Shown here: piece after piece, positions 32,312-41,567 of the stretch
Numbering within the stretch: the stretch's first letter is position 1
Layout: every line of letters starts with the position of its first letter
Source: Candidatus Bathyarchaeota archaeon
Lineage (GTDB): Archaea > Thermoproteota > Bathyarchaeia > Bathyarchaeales > Bathycorpusculaceae
Direction of reading: 5' to 3'
Assembly (NCBI GenBank): GCA_963702095.1
Contig: OY969706.1
Location: 2,272,001-2,336,000 of the forward strand
Length of the DNA: 64,000 nucleotides
Notes under the pieces: model-generated
Told to the model about the DNA's origin: nothing
The model's database searches: none
Seen by the model: the letters and a program-made list of their open reading frames with translations, nothing else
Made by a program: the position numbers and the translations under genes

Positions 32312-32575
32312 TTTTTATTCTCCTTTTAGTTGGGTGGTTGGTCTTTTAGCGGATAAGCTATTTAAAATTTTGCAATTAATGTTTTTTTACAGAAATAATT
32401 TAACTTTAACAGGGGGCTATAGTTGAAACTTTTTTAAGCAATGAGGAACTCTGATACCATTGTGAAGGCAAAACAGAGAGCCAATAACATAGAGAAAGCA
32501 ACCGAACAACCAATAATGATATAATACAGACAAGTCCTCTTCGATAAACAGCAATCTCAAAAGCGTGAGAGCCGA

Positions 32576-33550
32576 ACGAGAGAAATTGACGAAAACGATT
32601 CAGCGATTCTAAGTGCGCTTTTAGTCGAATCGAGAACTAGCTTCACGGAATTATCTAAACGCTGCGGCATATCCGTAACAGCCGTTACAAAGAGGTATAC
32701 ACAACTAAAAAATTCAGGCATAATTCTCGCTGAACGCATGTTCCTAAATCCATTAAGCGTAGGCTATGAAAGCATCGCAGAAATCGGAATACTAACCGAC
32801 CTATCTGACAAAGAAAAAGTCAAAGAATCATTAAAAAACAAGCCCTCGGTAAGGGTCGCATCGCCAATAGGTAAATATGACATTAGCGGTCAAATATTTG
32901 CTCGAAAATTCAACGATTTATCAACACTAGTTCGTCAGATCGACATCAAACCATTCGTTAAAAGCTTAGATGTCTTAATCTTTGCTGATTTATGGGATAA
33001 CCCATGGCACCCCGAAAACCTAGTTATACCGCCAAAAGAAAAAGGCGAAAAAAAAGTATCCAAGCCCAAAAAAAGCTTTGAACCAACAGAACTGGATGAA
33101 ATAGACCTCAAAATCTGTAAAGCCTTAATGCAGAATTCGCGGGTGCCCTTCAAGAGTTTATCTCAACAAATAGGAATCTCAACATCCAACATCATTCAGA
33201 GGTATCGCTCGCTTCGAGAAAGAAACGTACTGAACCTCTCAAGCATAACTGTGGACCCTTCTAAATTGGGATACAAGGCGAACGTGGACAGCTACATCAA
33301 AGTTACAAACAGAGGAAGCATGGCTGAAGTAGAGGCACAACTGCTTGAGATACCGAATTTGACTTTCTGCGCCAAATTCATAGGAGGCACCTATGACCTA
33401 AGGATTGCAGTTAACGCTCGAGACTTCAACGATGTAAACTCTCTTAAAAAAGCAATTTACTCAATAGATAACATAAAACATGCTGAATTCTATATTTTTG
33501 TGAATCCGACCAGGTGGCCAACCGACTTTATAGGCGGTTCACTAATCTAA
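32576..33550 (+). CDS. Double Lrp/AsnC regulator (probable non-canonical ACG start)
   Basis: The first HTH (EIDENDSAILSALLVESRTSFTELSKRCGIS...) is in frame upstream of ATG 32738; no ATG/GTG/TTG back to the TAA at 32522. Confidence 0.82.
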   Translation, partial: TREIDENDSAILSALLVESRTSFTELSKRCGISVTAVTKRYTQLKNSGIILAERMFLNPLSVGYESIAEIGILTDLSDKEKVKESLKNKPSVRVASPIGKYDISGQIFARKFNDLSTLVRQIDIKPFVKSLDVLIFADLWDNPWHPENLVIPPKEKGEKKVSKPKKSFEPTELDEIDLKICKALMQNSRVPFKSLSQQIGISTSNIIQRYRSLRERNVLNLSSITVDPSKLGYKANVDSYIKVTNRGSMAEVEAQLLEIPNLTFCAKFIGGTYDLRIAVNARDFNDVNSLKKAIYSIDNIKHAEFYIFVNPTRWPTDFIGGSLI

Positions 33551-33563
33551 GACTTGGCTTTGT

Positions 33564-33669
33564 GGTTTGCTGGGGCTCTGGACCGCAACTAAAGGAGAAA
33601 AGAATGGAAAATGCAACTAAACCATTCTTCAACCGCGATCTGTTATTTCTATTCCAGAGCCCTCTCAGC
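33564..33669. repeat. Repeat family A copy 7
   Basis: ggtttgctggggctctggaccgcaactaaaggagaaaagaatgg...tccagagccctctcagc. Confidence 0.92.
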
Positions 33670-33729
33670 CCAATTTTGCACTTTTTGCTTCCAAAAAAAG
33701 GAAGAAGGGAAATTGTTTGTTGTTGAAGT

Positions 33730-36413
33730 TTATTGTCGTTTTCTAACTAGCAGAGCCAGTACTGCACCGATTATGATGACTACTACGATGATTGCAGCGC
33801 CTATGCCTAAGATGTAGTTCTGTGTTGATGACAAATCGACAGGTTGCGATGTGGGAGACGGTGATGATGCCTGCATTACTGTGAAGTGGTCTTCAGCGTA
33901 TGATGGCCAATAACCGTTGGTGCCAACAAAGTTTGCGTAGACTGTGAAATCGCCAGAGATATCAGGAGTCCAAGTATAGCTGTAGATGCCTGTTGCATCA
34001 GTGGTTGCAGTGCCAATTTGGCGGTAGTTACCATTGGAGTCAACAACGGAGAGAGCCACCGTGACACCAGTATAGTTGCTTGGTTGAGGCTCTTGCTGGT
34101 AGACATAGCCCATCCACTCTTTCATGCATGCGTCAGATGCTGCTGGAACACCGTTGGGGAACCGTACAGCTTGTTCGTCCTGGGTTGTGCCACTTGAAAG
34201 GTCCATAACTGAACCGGTTATTACCAGTGGTTGCTCCCAAGATAGACCTGTATGCGGCGCTGAAACGGTAGTTGAACTTGCGCCTCTGCCAACAACGTAG
34301 ATTTGGTTGTCGTAGCCGTTGAACCATGTATTGTAGCCGTCAGCCATAGCATAGCTTGTTTTGCCGAATTCCATGGTAACTGAGGAAACTGTCCAGATTT
34401 CTGAACCGTCAGTTGCGTTGACTGCGCGCGCTAAGCCGTCTTTGTAGATTGGGGTTGTCCATGTGTGTTCGCTTGTGATTAGGTAGACAACGTCGTTGCC
34501 GATTGCCTGTATGAAGGTTGGAATGTTGCCGTATGGCCAGTGCGTAGCCTGAGTTGGTGCTGTTTCCTTCGCCGCCGTTACCATAAGTCCAGAGTACGTC
34601 GCCGGTTGTCATGTCATAGCAGTAGAGTATGCCAGCCATGCCTGAGCTGTAGAGTTTGCCGTATGCGATTTGTCCTGAGAGAACGCCTGCGCTTGTGCTG
34701 CCATAGTAGTCGAAGGCTGCTTGAGGTTCACCTGTCCATAGTGAGCTACCGTCGTTTAGACTGTAGGCAACCCACTGTGTAGCTTCCTTGTAAGACTGCA
34801 AAAAGACACGGGTATCCCAGTCGATTCCGCCCTGTACAACTGTATAGTTGTTGTCTGGAGGACTAAGAGTCTTTGACCAGAGAACAGAGCCGACTGCACC
34901 TCTAGATGAGTCTAGGTTGATGAAGTAGTAGGTGTAATCCGTTTGGCTTACAGTTCCGAAGTTCATGTTTTCGCCGTTAGAAGGCAATTTACCAGAGTAG
35001 CAAAGTATGCCGTCACCATATTTTGCGCCAACCACCGTTAAGGTGCTTGCGCTGTATGCTGACGAAACGTTCCAGTCATAGCGGTTGGTAGTGCTTCCAT
35101 CAATTATGCCTGTCATGGTTGGGGCTGCAGCTGTACCAGCAATGAAAAGCTTGGTTGAATTCCATTGTGCTAGATACCAGTTGGGATTTGTTGAGTTGCC
35201 AAGGTTAGTCATTATGTAGTTTAAGTATTCACCGTCTGGACCCATAACTCGAGCAGCGTTAGTTTGGACAGCAAATGAACCAGAGGGATACGATGGGACG
35301 TTAGTGACGTTGAATATCCAGTTGCCAGTGTCTGCATCATAGCCCATCCATGTATTACCACTCATGGCAATTAGTACAGGTGGAGATACGCCGTGTTCGT
35401 TTTGTGTCTGCACGTTCATGATTAAACCCATTGAAAGCGCTGGGACATCCGTTCGAGACCAAATTTCTTTGCCCGTTTGTAGGTCAACGCATACAGTTGG
35501 TCCATAGCCGCTTGCTGCGCCACTCATGCCGTAGCCGGTATTGCTGAAGCCTAGGGGTTCTGTGTAGTAGAGCATGCCGTCAAGTATTATGGGGTTGTTG
35601 TATCGGATGAGGTATGCTGAGCCGTCGAAGTAGGTTTGTCCTTGAATGCTAGTGTTGTTTCCGCCGACAACACCGCCGCTTTGGAGGGGTTTAGTCCACA
35701 TGATGTGGCTTGTCTGAGAGCCAATAGCGTCGCCTGGATAAACTGCCATACCGTTGTAAGCTCCGCCTGCTGCGTCTGCGCCTGTGCTGGTCCAACCGCC
35801 ATAGTTTGGTGCAGTTAGGCCTAGCCAGTTAGATGAGATGCTCCACCAGTCAGTGTTCTCGCCGTAGATTGGACGACTCCAATATTCAGTTGGCAGTGGG
35901 TAGCTGGTGATGGCTGCGGGTATTGGGTCTTCTTGAACGGTGAGTGTTGTTTCTGCACTGCTTAGCTAAAAAGACGTCGCCGATATATGCTGAACCTTCG
36001 GGTTGGTCATTTGCAGTCATGGTTTGTCCTGGGTAGGTGAAGTTCAACGTGTAGGTGCCGACTTCTGTCGGGGTAAAAGTTGTGGCTTGTGCTGAGGTTG
36101 TGTCAGCGATGTTTGCAAAAGTTTGTTCAGTTACTTGACCGGTGGGCGAGGTTATGGTGAGTTTGTAGTTGTGAAATCGGTAGTCGTTTGTGTATTGTGA
36201 GTTGTAGAAGTAGTTGGTTAAGAACATGAAGACGGATACTTGTTGATCGACGCCTACGGGGTTAGGTGCGGCTGTGATGTAAGCGTAAGTGGGAATCTCC
36301 CAAACGGGATCATGAGCACTTGCGTTTGGCACTAGTGTTATTGATGCTCCGATTGATACTGTTAGAAGGATTGCGATCGTAATAGCCATTGTTTTATTTT
36401 TGGTATAATTCAT
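33730..36413 (-). CDS. PQQ-like beta-propeller surface protein, paralog 7 (apparent frameshifts near 35965 and 34545)
   Basis: Three ORF pieces collinear with paralog 6. Confidence 0.78.
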
Positions 36414-36645
36414 GCTTTTTTTATTCTCCTATCATTAGGTGGCTTAGCTAAAACAAGCCTTCGCTATTTAAAAATTTCTCCAAATCTGTACCAACTGCAC
36501 ATTTTTTAACGGTTACATTAAAAAAACATTTAAAATATTTTAGACGCCTCAACCAAAAATACAGCACCGAAAACAGGTAACCACCACCAATAACGATATT
36601 AACAAAAACAATCGATTTCAGTAGCAAGCAAAAAGTGAAATCAAA

Positions 36646-37623
36646 ACGAGACCAATCGACGAAACAGACGCCAAAATTCTCACCACACTCCTAGCGGAGT
36701 CACGCACAAGCTTCACCGAAATAGCTAAGGAAATCGGCGTATCAGTAACAGCAGCCATACGAAGATATACACGCTTAAAAAGAGATGGCATAATTCAAGG
36801 CGAACATATGTATCTCAACCCCTTAAGCGTGGCTTATGAAAGTATAGCAGAAATCGGAATACTAACCGATTTAGCGGACAAAGACAAAGTAAAAACGCTA
36901 TTAAAAACCAAACCATCAATGACAATTACTCCAACCGCAATAGGCAAATACGACATCTGCGGCATACTTTACGCGCACAAATTTAATGAATTATCCGCAT
37001 TAGTCCAGCAAATAGACATCAAACCCCTAGTCAAAAACTTGGATGTTCTGATTTTTACTGATCTATGGGATAACCCCTGGCACCCTGAAAACCTCGTAAT
37101 TTCACCGTTAGAAAAAGTGGAAAAAAGGAGCCACAGGCAGAAAAAGACATTTACACCTATGGATTTGGATGAAAAAGACCTTGATATCTGCAGGGCGTTA
37201 ATGCGTGGCTCACGAACTCCCTTCAAGGATATAGCAAATAGTTTAGGGGTTTCTACCTCTTACGTAACAGAAAGATACCGCCTACTCAGAGAAAAAAATG
37301 TTCTCAACCTCTCGAGCATTACAGTTAACTTACCAAAACTGGGCTATAGGGCAAACGCGGACAGTTACATTAAAGTCACAAACAGAGGAGGCCTGCCCGA
37401 AGTCGAGGAACAACTGCTTGAGATACCGAATTTGACTTTCTGCGCCAAATATGTTGGGGGAGCCTACGACTTCAGAGTCGCAGTTAACGTTCAAGACTTC
37501 AACGGTGTTGACTCTATGAAACAAGCGATTTACTCCATCGACAACGTCAAGCACGCGGAATTCTATATATTTGTGAACCCGATTTTCTGGTTCAGCGATT
37601 TCATCGGCGGAAACCTAATCTAA
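36646..37623 (+). CDS. Double Lrp/AsnC regulator (probable ACG start), paralog of 32576-33550
   Basis: In-frame RPIDETDAKILTTLLAESRTSFTEIAKEIGVS upstream of ATG 36808; TAG at 36622. Confidence 0.82.
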   Translation, partial: TRPIDETDAKILTTLLAESRTSFTEIAKEIGVSVTAAIRRYTRLKRDGIIQGEHMYLNPLSVAYESIAEIGILTDLADKDKVKTLLKTKPSMTITPTAIGKYDICGILYAHKFNELSALVQQIDIKPLVKNLDVLIFTDLWDNPWHPENLVISPLEKVEKRSHRQKKTFTPMDLDEKDLDICRALMRGSRTPFKDIANSLGVSTSYVTERYRLLREKNVLNLSSITVNLPKLGYRANADSYIKVTNRGGLPEVEEQLLEIPNLTFCAKYVGGAYDFRVAVNVQDFNGVDSMKQAIYSIDNVKHAEFYIFVNPIFWFSDFIGGNLI

Positions 37624-37631
37624 CCGCCATA

Positions 37632-38759
37632 TCACTTCGATTTTAATGTGAGGGCAACAACGAAGGCTACTGCCGAAAAAGCACCCATACCTAACAAAGA
37701 AACCGTTAACGAACTTGACAAATCGACAAGATAACCAATAATCAAACCTGCAAAGACTGCGCTAAGGGCTCCAAAAACCGCAATTAAACCAATTCCGACG
37801 CCTGCCTTGCGGCAACCTAAAATTTCTGCGGGCATCGCATTAATGACTGGCGACGCAATCGTGGCTGCAATACCCATAAAAATAACTGAGCTGAACACTG
37901 CCGAAATGGGTCCGAAAGCCAAAGCAACAAATGAAACCGTTGTCAACAGTGGACCCAGCACGATGAAAAGGCGTCTCTTACCCATTTTATCGGACAAGAA
38001 ACCGAAAAAGGGATTGAAAAGGACAGTTGGAAGAATGGACAGTGACGCCAACAGACTGGCTTCGACTATTGGCATACTAGTGAATTGTGTGTATAGGGTG
38101 GGGGCCCACATTGAAAATGCAGAAGCGGCGACATTGATACAGAATCCGACTATTGCAACCTTCCAGAGGCTTAAATTTAAGTAATCATTTCTAACTCCAG
38201 TTGCAAGCACTTTTTCCTCGCAAAAGGGGTTTTCCTTCATCACTATTGCATTAATTACTAACCCAAAAACTGCCAATAAAAGACTGACATAAAAAGGAAA
38301 TTGCCAATTAAAACTAGTTGCGGCAAGGCTGACTGCGGAGTAGGTGATAATCGTTACTATGGGGGTGCTTGCTCCAAGAATTCCCATAGCTTTGCCCAGT
38401 TCTTTTCTGCTAAACCACTGTGAAACTGCACCTAAGGTGGTGATATGCATCAAGTTGCCGCCTATACCCAGAAGAAACCTGCCTAAAAGTAACCACTCAA
38501 ACGAGTTAGATAAGACCGTGACAAAACAAGCCACGGTAATGCAAAACGAGGCTAAAACGCCGGTTCTTCTGGCATGATACTTATTGAACAGCCAAGCGGA
38601 GGGTAAACTAAGAAAAAGCCCTGGAACCACAGCAATGGAAATTAGCAGTCCAGCTTGGACGGCTGAAATCGAGAATTGATCCATAAGTTGTGGAAGCACC
38701 GGGGGAACCGACTGAAAAGCAACCGTGAAAATGTTTGTTGAAAATACAGCTACCAACAT
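37632..38759 (-). CDS. MFS transporter
   Basis: Many TM helices, GRFLLGIG, WFSRKELGKAMG, GFLSDKMGKRR; true start may be slightly upstream (YRWVI in frame). Confidence 0.9.
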   Translation of the reverse strand: MLVAVFSTNIFTVAFQSVPPVLPQLMDQFSISAVQAGLLISIAVVPGLFLSLPSAWLFNKYHARRTGVLASFCITVACFVTVLSNSFEWLLLGRFLLGIGGNLMHITTLGAVSQWFSRKELGKAMGILGASTPIVTIITYSAVSLAATSFNWQFPFYVSLLLAVFGLVINAIVMKENPFCEEKVLATGVRNDYLNLSLWKVAIVGFCINVAASAFSMWAPTLYTQFTSMPIVEASLLASLSILPTVLFNPFFGFLSDKMGKRRLFIVLGPLLTTVSFVALAFGPISAVFSSVIFMGIAATIASPVINAMPAEILGCRKAGVGIGLIAVFGALSAVFAGLIIGYLVDLSSSLTVSLLGMGAFSAVAFVVALTLKSK

Positions 38760-38993
38760 AATTACCCATCGATAGGCCTGACCATTCGGATGCTGGGCTA
38801 GCAGATTGTCCCCGATGACTTTTTCTCCCCTCTTCGCGGCAGATTAGCAAACGATTCTCTATTTTGCCAATCAGTCTATGTTGCATCAGTTAGTTTATAG
38901 AACTTTGCCAAAATTAGACCTATTTTTTGGTACAAGCAATTAGCCAACAAGATTTCAAGGCTAATGTGAGAAAAGATGTGTTTTTTTCAGCAC

Positions 38994-39182
38994 TTATTGT
39001 GCACAGGCGTCGCTGATTGAGTGTATCTCATAGTGGTTGAATAGACGCCGCAGGGCATCCTTGACGATTTCTGCTTGGCTTTCGTACAAACCGTCTTTGA
39101 TTAAAGCGTCCATGCCGTCGATGTATGGACCCCCGACGAGAACTTTGAGATTCTTCCTCTGGGCAACTGTCATTTCGCTCAT
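38994..39182 (-). CDS. Ribbon-helix-helix (CopG/Arc-like) small regulator
   Basis: MDALIKDGLYESQAEIVKDALRRLF pattern. Confidence 0.7.
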   Translation of the reverse strand: MSEMTVAQRKNLKVLVGGPYIDGMDALIKDGLYESQAEIVKDALRRLFNHYEIHSISDACAQ

Positions 39183-39254
39183 CTCCTCTGCAGCTTAATT
39201 GGCTCAACAGCTTTAAAAAAATAAATTCGATTCGGATTCAGAAAAATCATAGTT

Positions 39255-39973
39255 TCAAACAGGGATGTTATCCTTAGAAGCCTCAAAACCAACGATATTG
39301 CGCTCCAACCGCCCACTCCGCAACACATAATCAGTCGCTCCCACAAAGGACTCATAGAGGTCAGTAGTAGTAACAACCACAGTCACCCTACCCTCAGCAC
39401 TAATCTTGCCCAACAAATCCATCACTAATGCCGCGTTCTCATCATCGAGACTTGAAGTTGGCTCATCCGCCAGCAACAACCGCGGGTGATTCACCAAAGC
39501 ACGGATCACTGCTACACGCTGCCTTTCTCCACCACTGAGACTCTCGGGGAATCGCTCTGCAAAATCGCCTAGCCCAAACTGCCACAGCAACTCCAAAGCC
39601 CTAGCACGTCGCACAGATTTCTTAACGCCAGCTAAAGCCATAGGCAACTCCACTTCTGCAACACAGTCAAAGAAGGCAACAAATTAAAGAACTGGAAAAC
39701 CAAGCCGAGTTCTCGTAGCCTCAAATTGGACTTTTCGCCGTCCCTAAGAGTATGGATGTCTTTTCCGAAGAGGCGCACGACGCCGTCGTTAGGTGATTCG
39801 AGCAAACCCATGATTTTGAATAGCGTTGTTTTTCCCATACCGGATTTGCCTCGGACAACGATGAATTCGCCTTCTTCAACCGTTAGGTTGATGTTTTTTA
39901 GGATTGGGGTTGAAAAGTAATTTTTCGAAATGTTAACTAAATCTATTATCTTGTTTAGGCTTTTACTTTGCAT
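39255..39973 (-). CDS. ABC transporter ATP-binding protein (LolD/MacB-like; apparent frameshift near 39655)
   Basis: Walker A GKSGMGKTT, VFQFFNL, LSGGERQRVA, LADEPT. Confidence 0.87.
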
Positions 39974-41567
39974 ATATACTCACCATGTTGTTAGCGTAAA
40001 CTTGGTTTAGGCTTAGGAGTTTGTTGGACCAGTTTTCTGGGAGGGGCGCAACGTTTCCACTGTAGACTACATAGCCGTTGGTGTACATTTCAGGGTAAAC
40101 AAACAAAAAGGCAGGTTTAGAACCGCCAGCGTCTAGAAACCTGAAGCCGCCCATAACATCGGTGTGCACATTTTGGTAGCCTTCTAGGAGATAGTAAACT
40201 TTCATGTCGCCGGCTACAGTCTGGCTTGACGCATAGGTTGCTATCCACTGGGCTGAGGAGGCTTCGGGAACATGATAGAGCCAAAAGTACCCTAAGTATG
40301 GTTCCTGTAAAGAAACGGAAGCGTACAAACTGTAGGATCCCACGCAAGCTGCAACCGTGACAGCCACTGCAATACCCACCAGGCAAAACCGCCGCATCGA
40401 AGCATGCTGAATGCTTATAAATTTGTGGAAAAATATGCCTGTCATGACAAACAGGGGCAGCAACAAGAAATCCAGTATCCGACAACTCAAAGTCAACCCC
40501 ATTGATGACCCACTGAAAAATGCATAAGCTCCAAAAGCAACTAATGGGGCAAACCAAAAAACGGGAACCAAGAGTGTGCTTTGGCGCTCATGCAAGCCAC
40601 TGAAGCCAAGCGTAAACAGCGGCACTATGATTAGGTAGGGAATAAAAAAAATGAAGTAATGTATGGGTAGCGTTGGAGCGGTAGGAATCAAGCTTTTTTG
40701 GGTAAAAAGAGCTATAAAGCAACAAGCTAACCCCAGTACGATAAAGTAGCGTATCGCTAAGAACTTTTTGGAGATAGAGCTGTGTTTGGTAATGAAGAAT
40801 AGGGCTGCTGAAAAAACCAGTATCTGATAGGCACCTACCGCCAGCAAATCATTGGCAGATACAGCATTTGGCAAGCCCTCGTAAGCGAAAAAACCATAGT
40901 ACACGCCAGCGATGCCTAAAATTATGGCAATCAAACTTAGGTTTTGCTTCAGAGAACCGCCCAAACGGCTGTCTCGGCTATAGAATAAAGCAAACGCTAA
41001 AAACACTAAAATTTCGATTGTTAAAAACGCAGTTAAATGATGGGTTAAAACCAGCGCTGTTGAGGCTGCAGAGAAAAGCAGAATTCGTTTCCAAGAAGGT
41101 TTAAGCAGAAAAATCAGGATTACGGAGAGGTAAATTGGGTTGGCAAACGTTTCTTTTGTTACGCCCGCGGTTAATTCGATGTAAGGGTAGGCAGTAGCTA
41201 ACAAACCGGTGGCTATTAACGCCGTTTCTACTTTACCGGTGATTTTGCGAGTTAAAACAAAAAACAGAGGGATAGTTAGGGCACCCGCTGAAGGAACACC
41301 GATGGCCATGGCATTGATGGGGTCAAGGCCTGTGACTTCTGAGAAGACTGCTCCAAAGAGGCTGTTTCCTGGCCAAAAGTTGTTGTAGCCATCAAACAAA
41401 CTGGTATTGCCTAAAGCTACAGGCGAGTTCTGCAATATCAATTCGGTGTTTCGGATGCAACTCCATCCATCTGTGGAGAAGGGTAAACCGCTAACCAAGA
41501 AGGGGTATAGCCTCAAGAGGAAGGCAACTGCAATAATAATGGCTAAGAGGTAGATGTATTTTCTCAG
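39963..41567 (-). CDS. Polytopic membrane protein, possible GT-C fold glycosyltransferase
   Basis: >12 TM with luminal loops (FSTDGW, YNNFWPG, HHLT); probable CTG start overlapping the upstream TGA. Confidence 0.65.
   Translation of the reverse strand: MRKYIYLLAIIIAVAFLLRLYPFLVSGLPFSTDGWSCIRNTELILQNSPVALGNTSLFDGYNNFWPGNSLFGAVFSEVTGLDPINAMAIGVPSAGALTIPLFFVLTRKITGKVETALIATGLLATAYPYIELTAGVTKETFANPIYLSVILIFLLKPSWKRILLFSAASTALVLTHHLTAFLTIEILVFLAFALFYSRDSRLGGSLKQNLSLIAIILGIAGVYYGFFAYEGLPNAVSANDLLAVGAYQILVFSAALFFITKHSSISKKFLAIRYFIVLGLACCFIALFTQKSLIPTAPTLPIHYFIFFIPYLIIVPLFTLGFSGLHERQSTLLVPVFWFAPLVAFGAYAFFSGSSMGLTLSCRILDFLLLPLFVMTGIFFHKFISIQHASMRRFCLVGIAVAVTVAACVGSYSLYASVSLQEPYLGYFWLYHVPEASSAQWIATYASSQTVAGDMKVYYLLEGYQNVHTDVMGGFRFLDAGGSKPAFLFVYPEMYTNGYVVYSGNVAPLPENWSNKLLSLNQVYANNMVSIYAK

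Noticed and set aside
7304-33669. Element A as a CRISPR array, tRNA or C/D-box sRNA
   Set aside because: Copies are kilobases apart with no spacers or cas genes; there is no cloverleaf; a CUGA is present on the minus strand but no RUGAUGA box C.
7478-36413. Calling the paralogs PQQ-dependent dehydrogenases
   Set aside because: Only the generic propeller repeat is recognisable; no catalytic motifs were seen and there are no pqq genes in the window.
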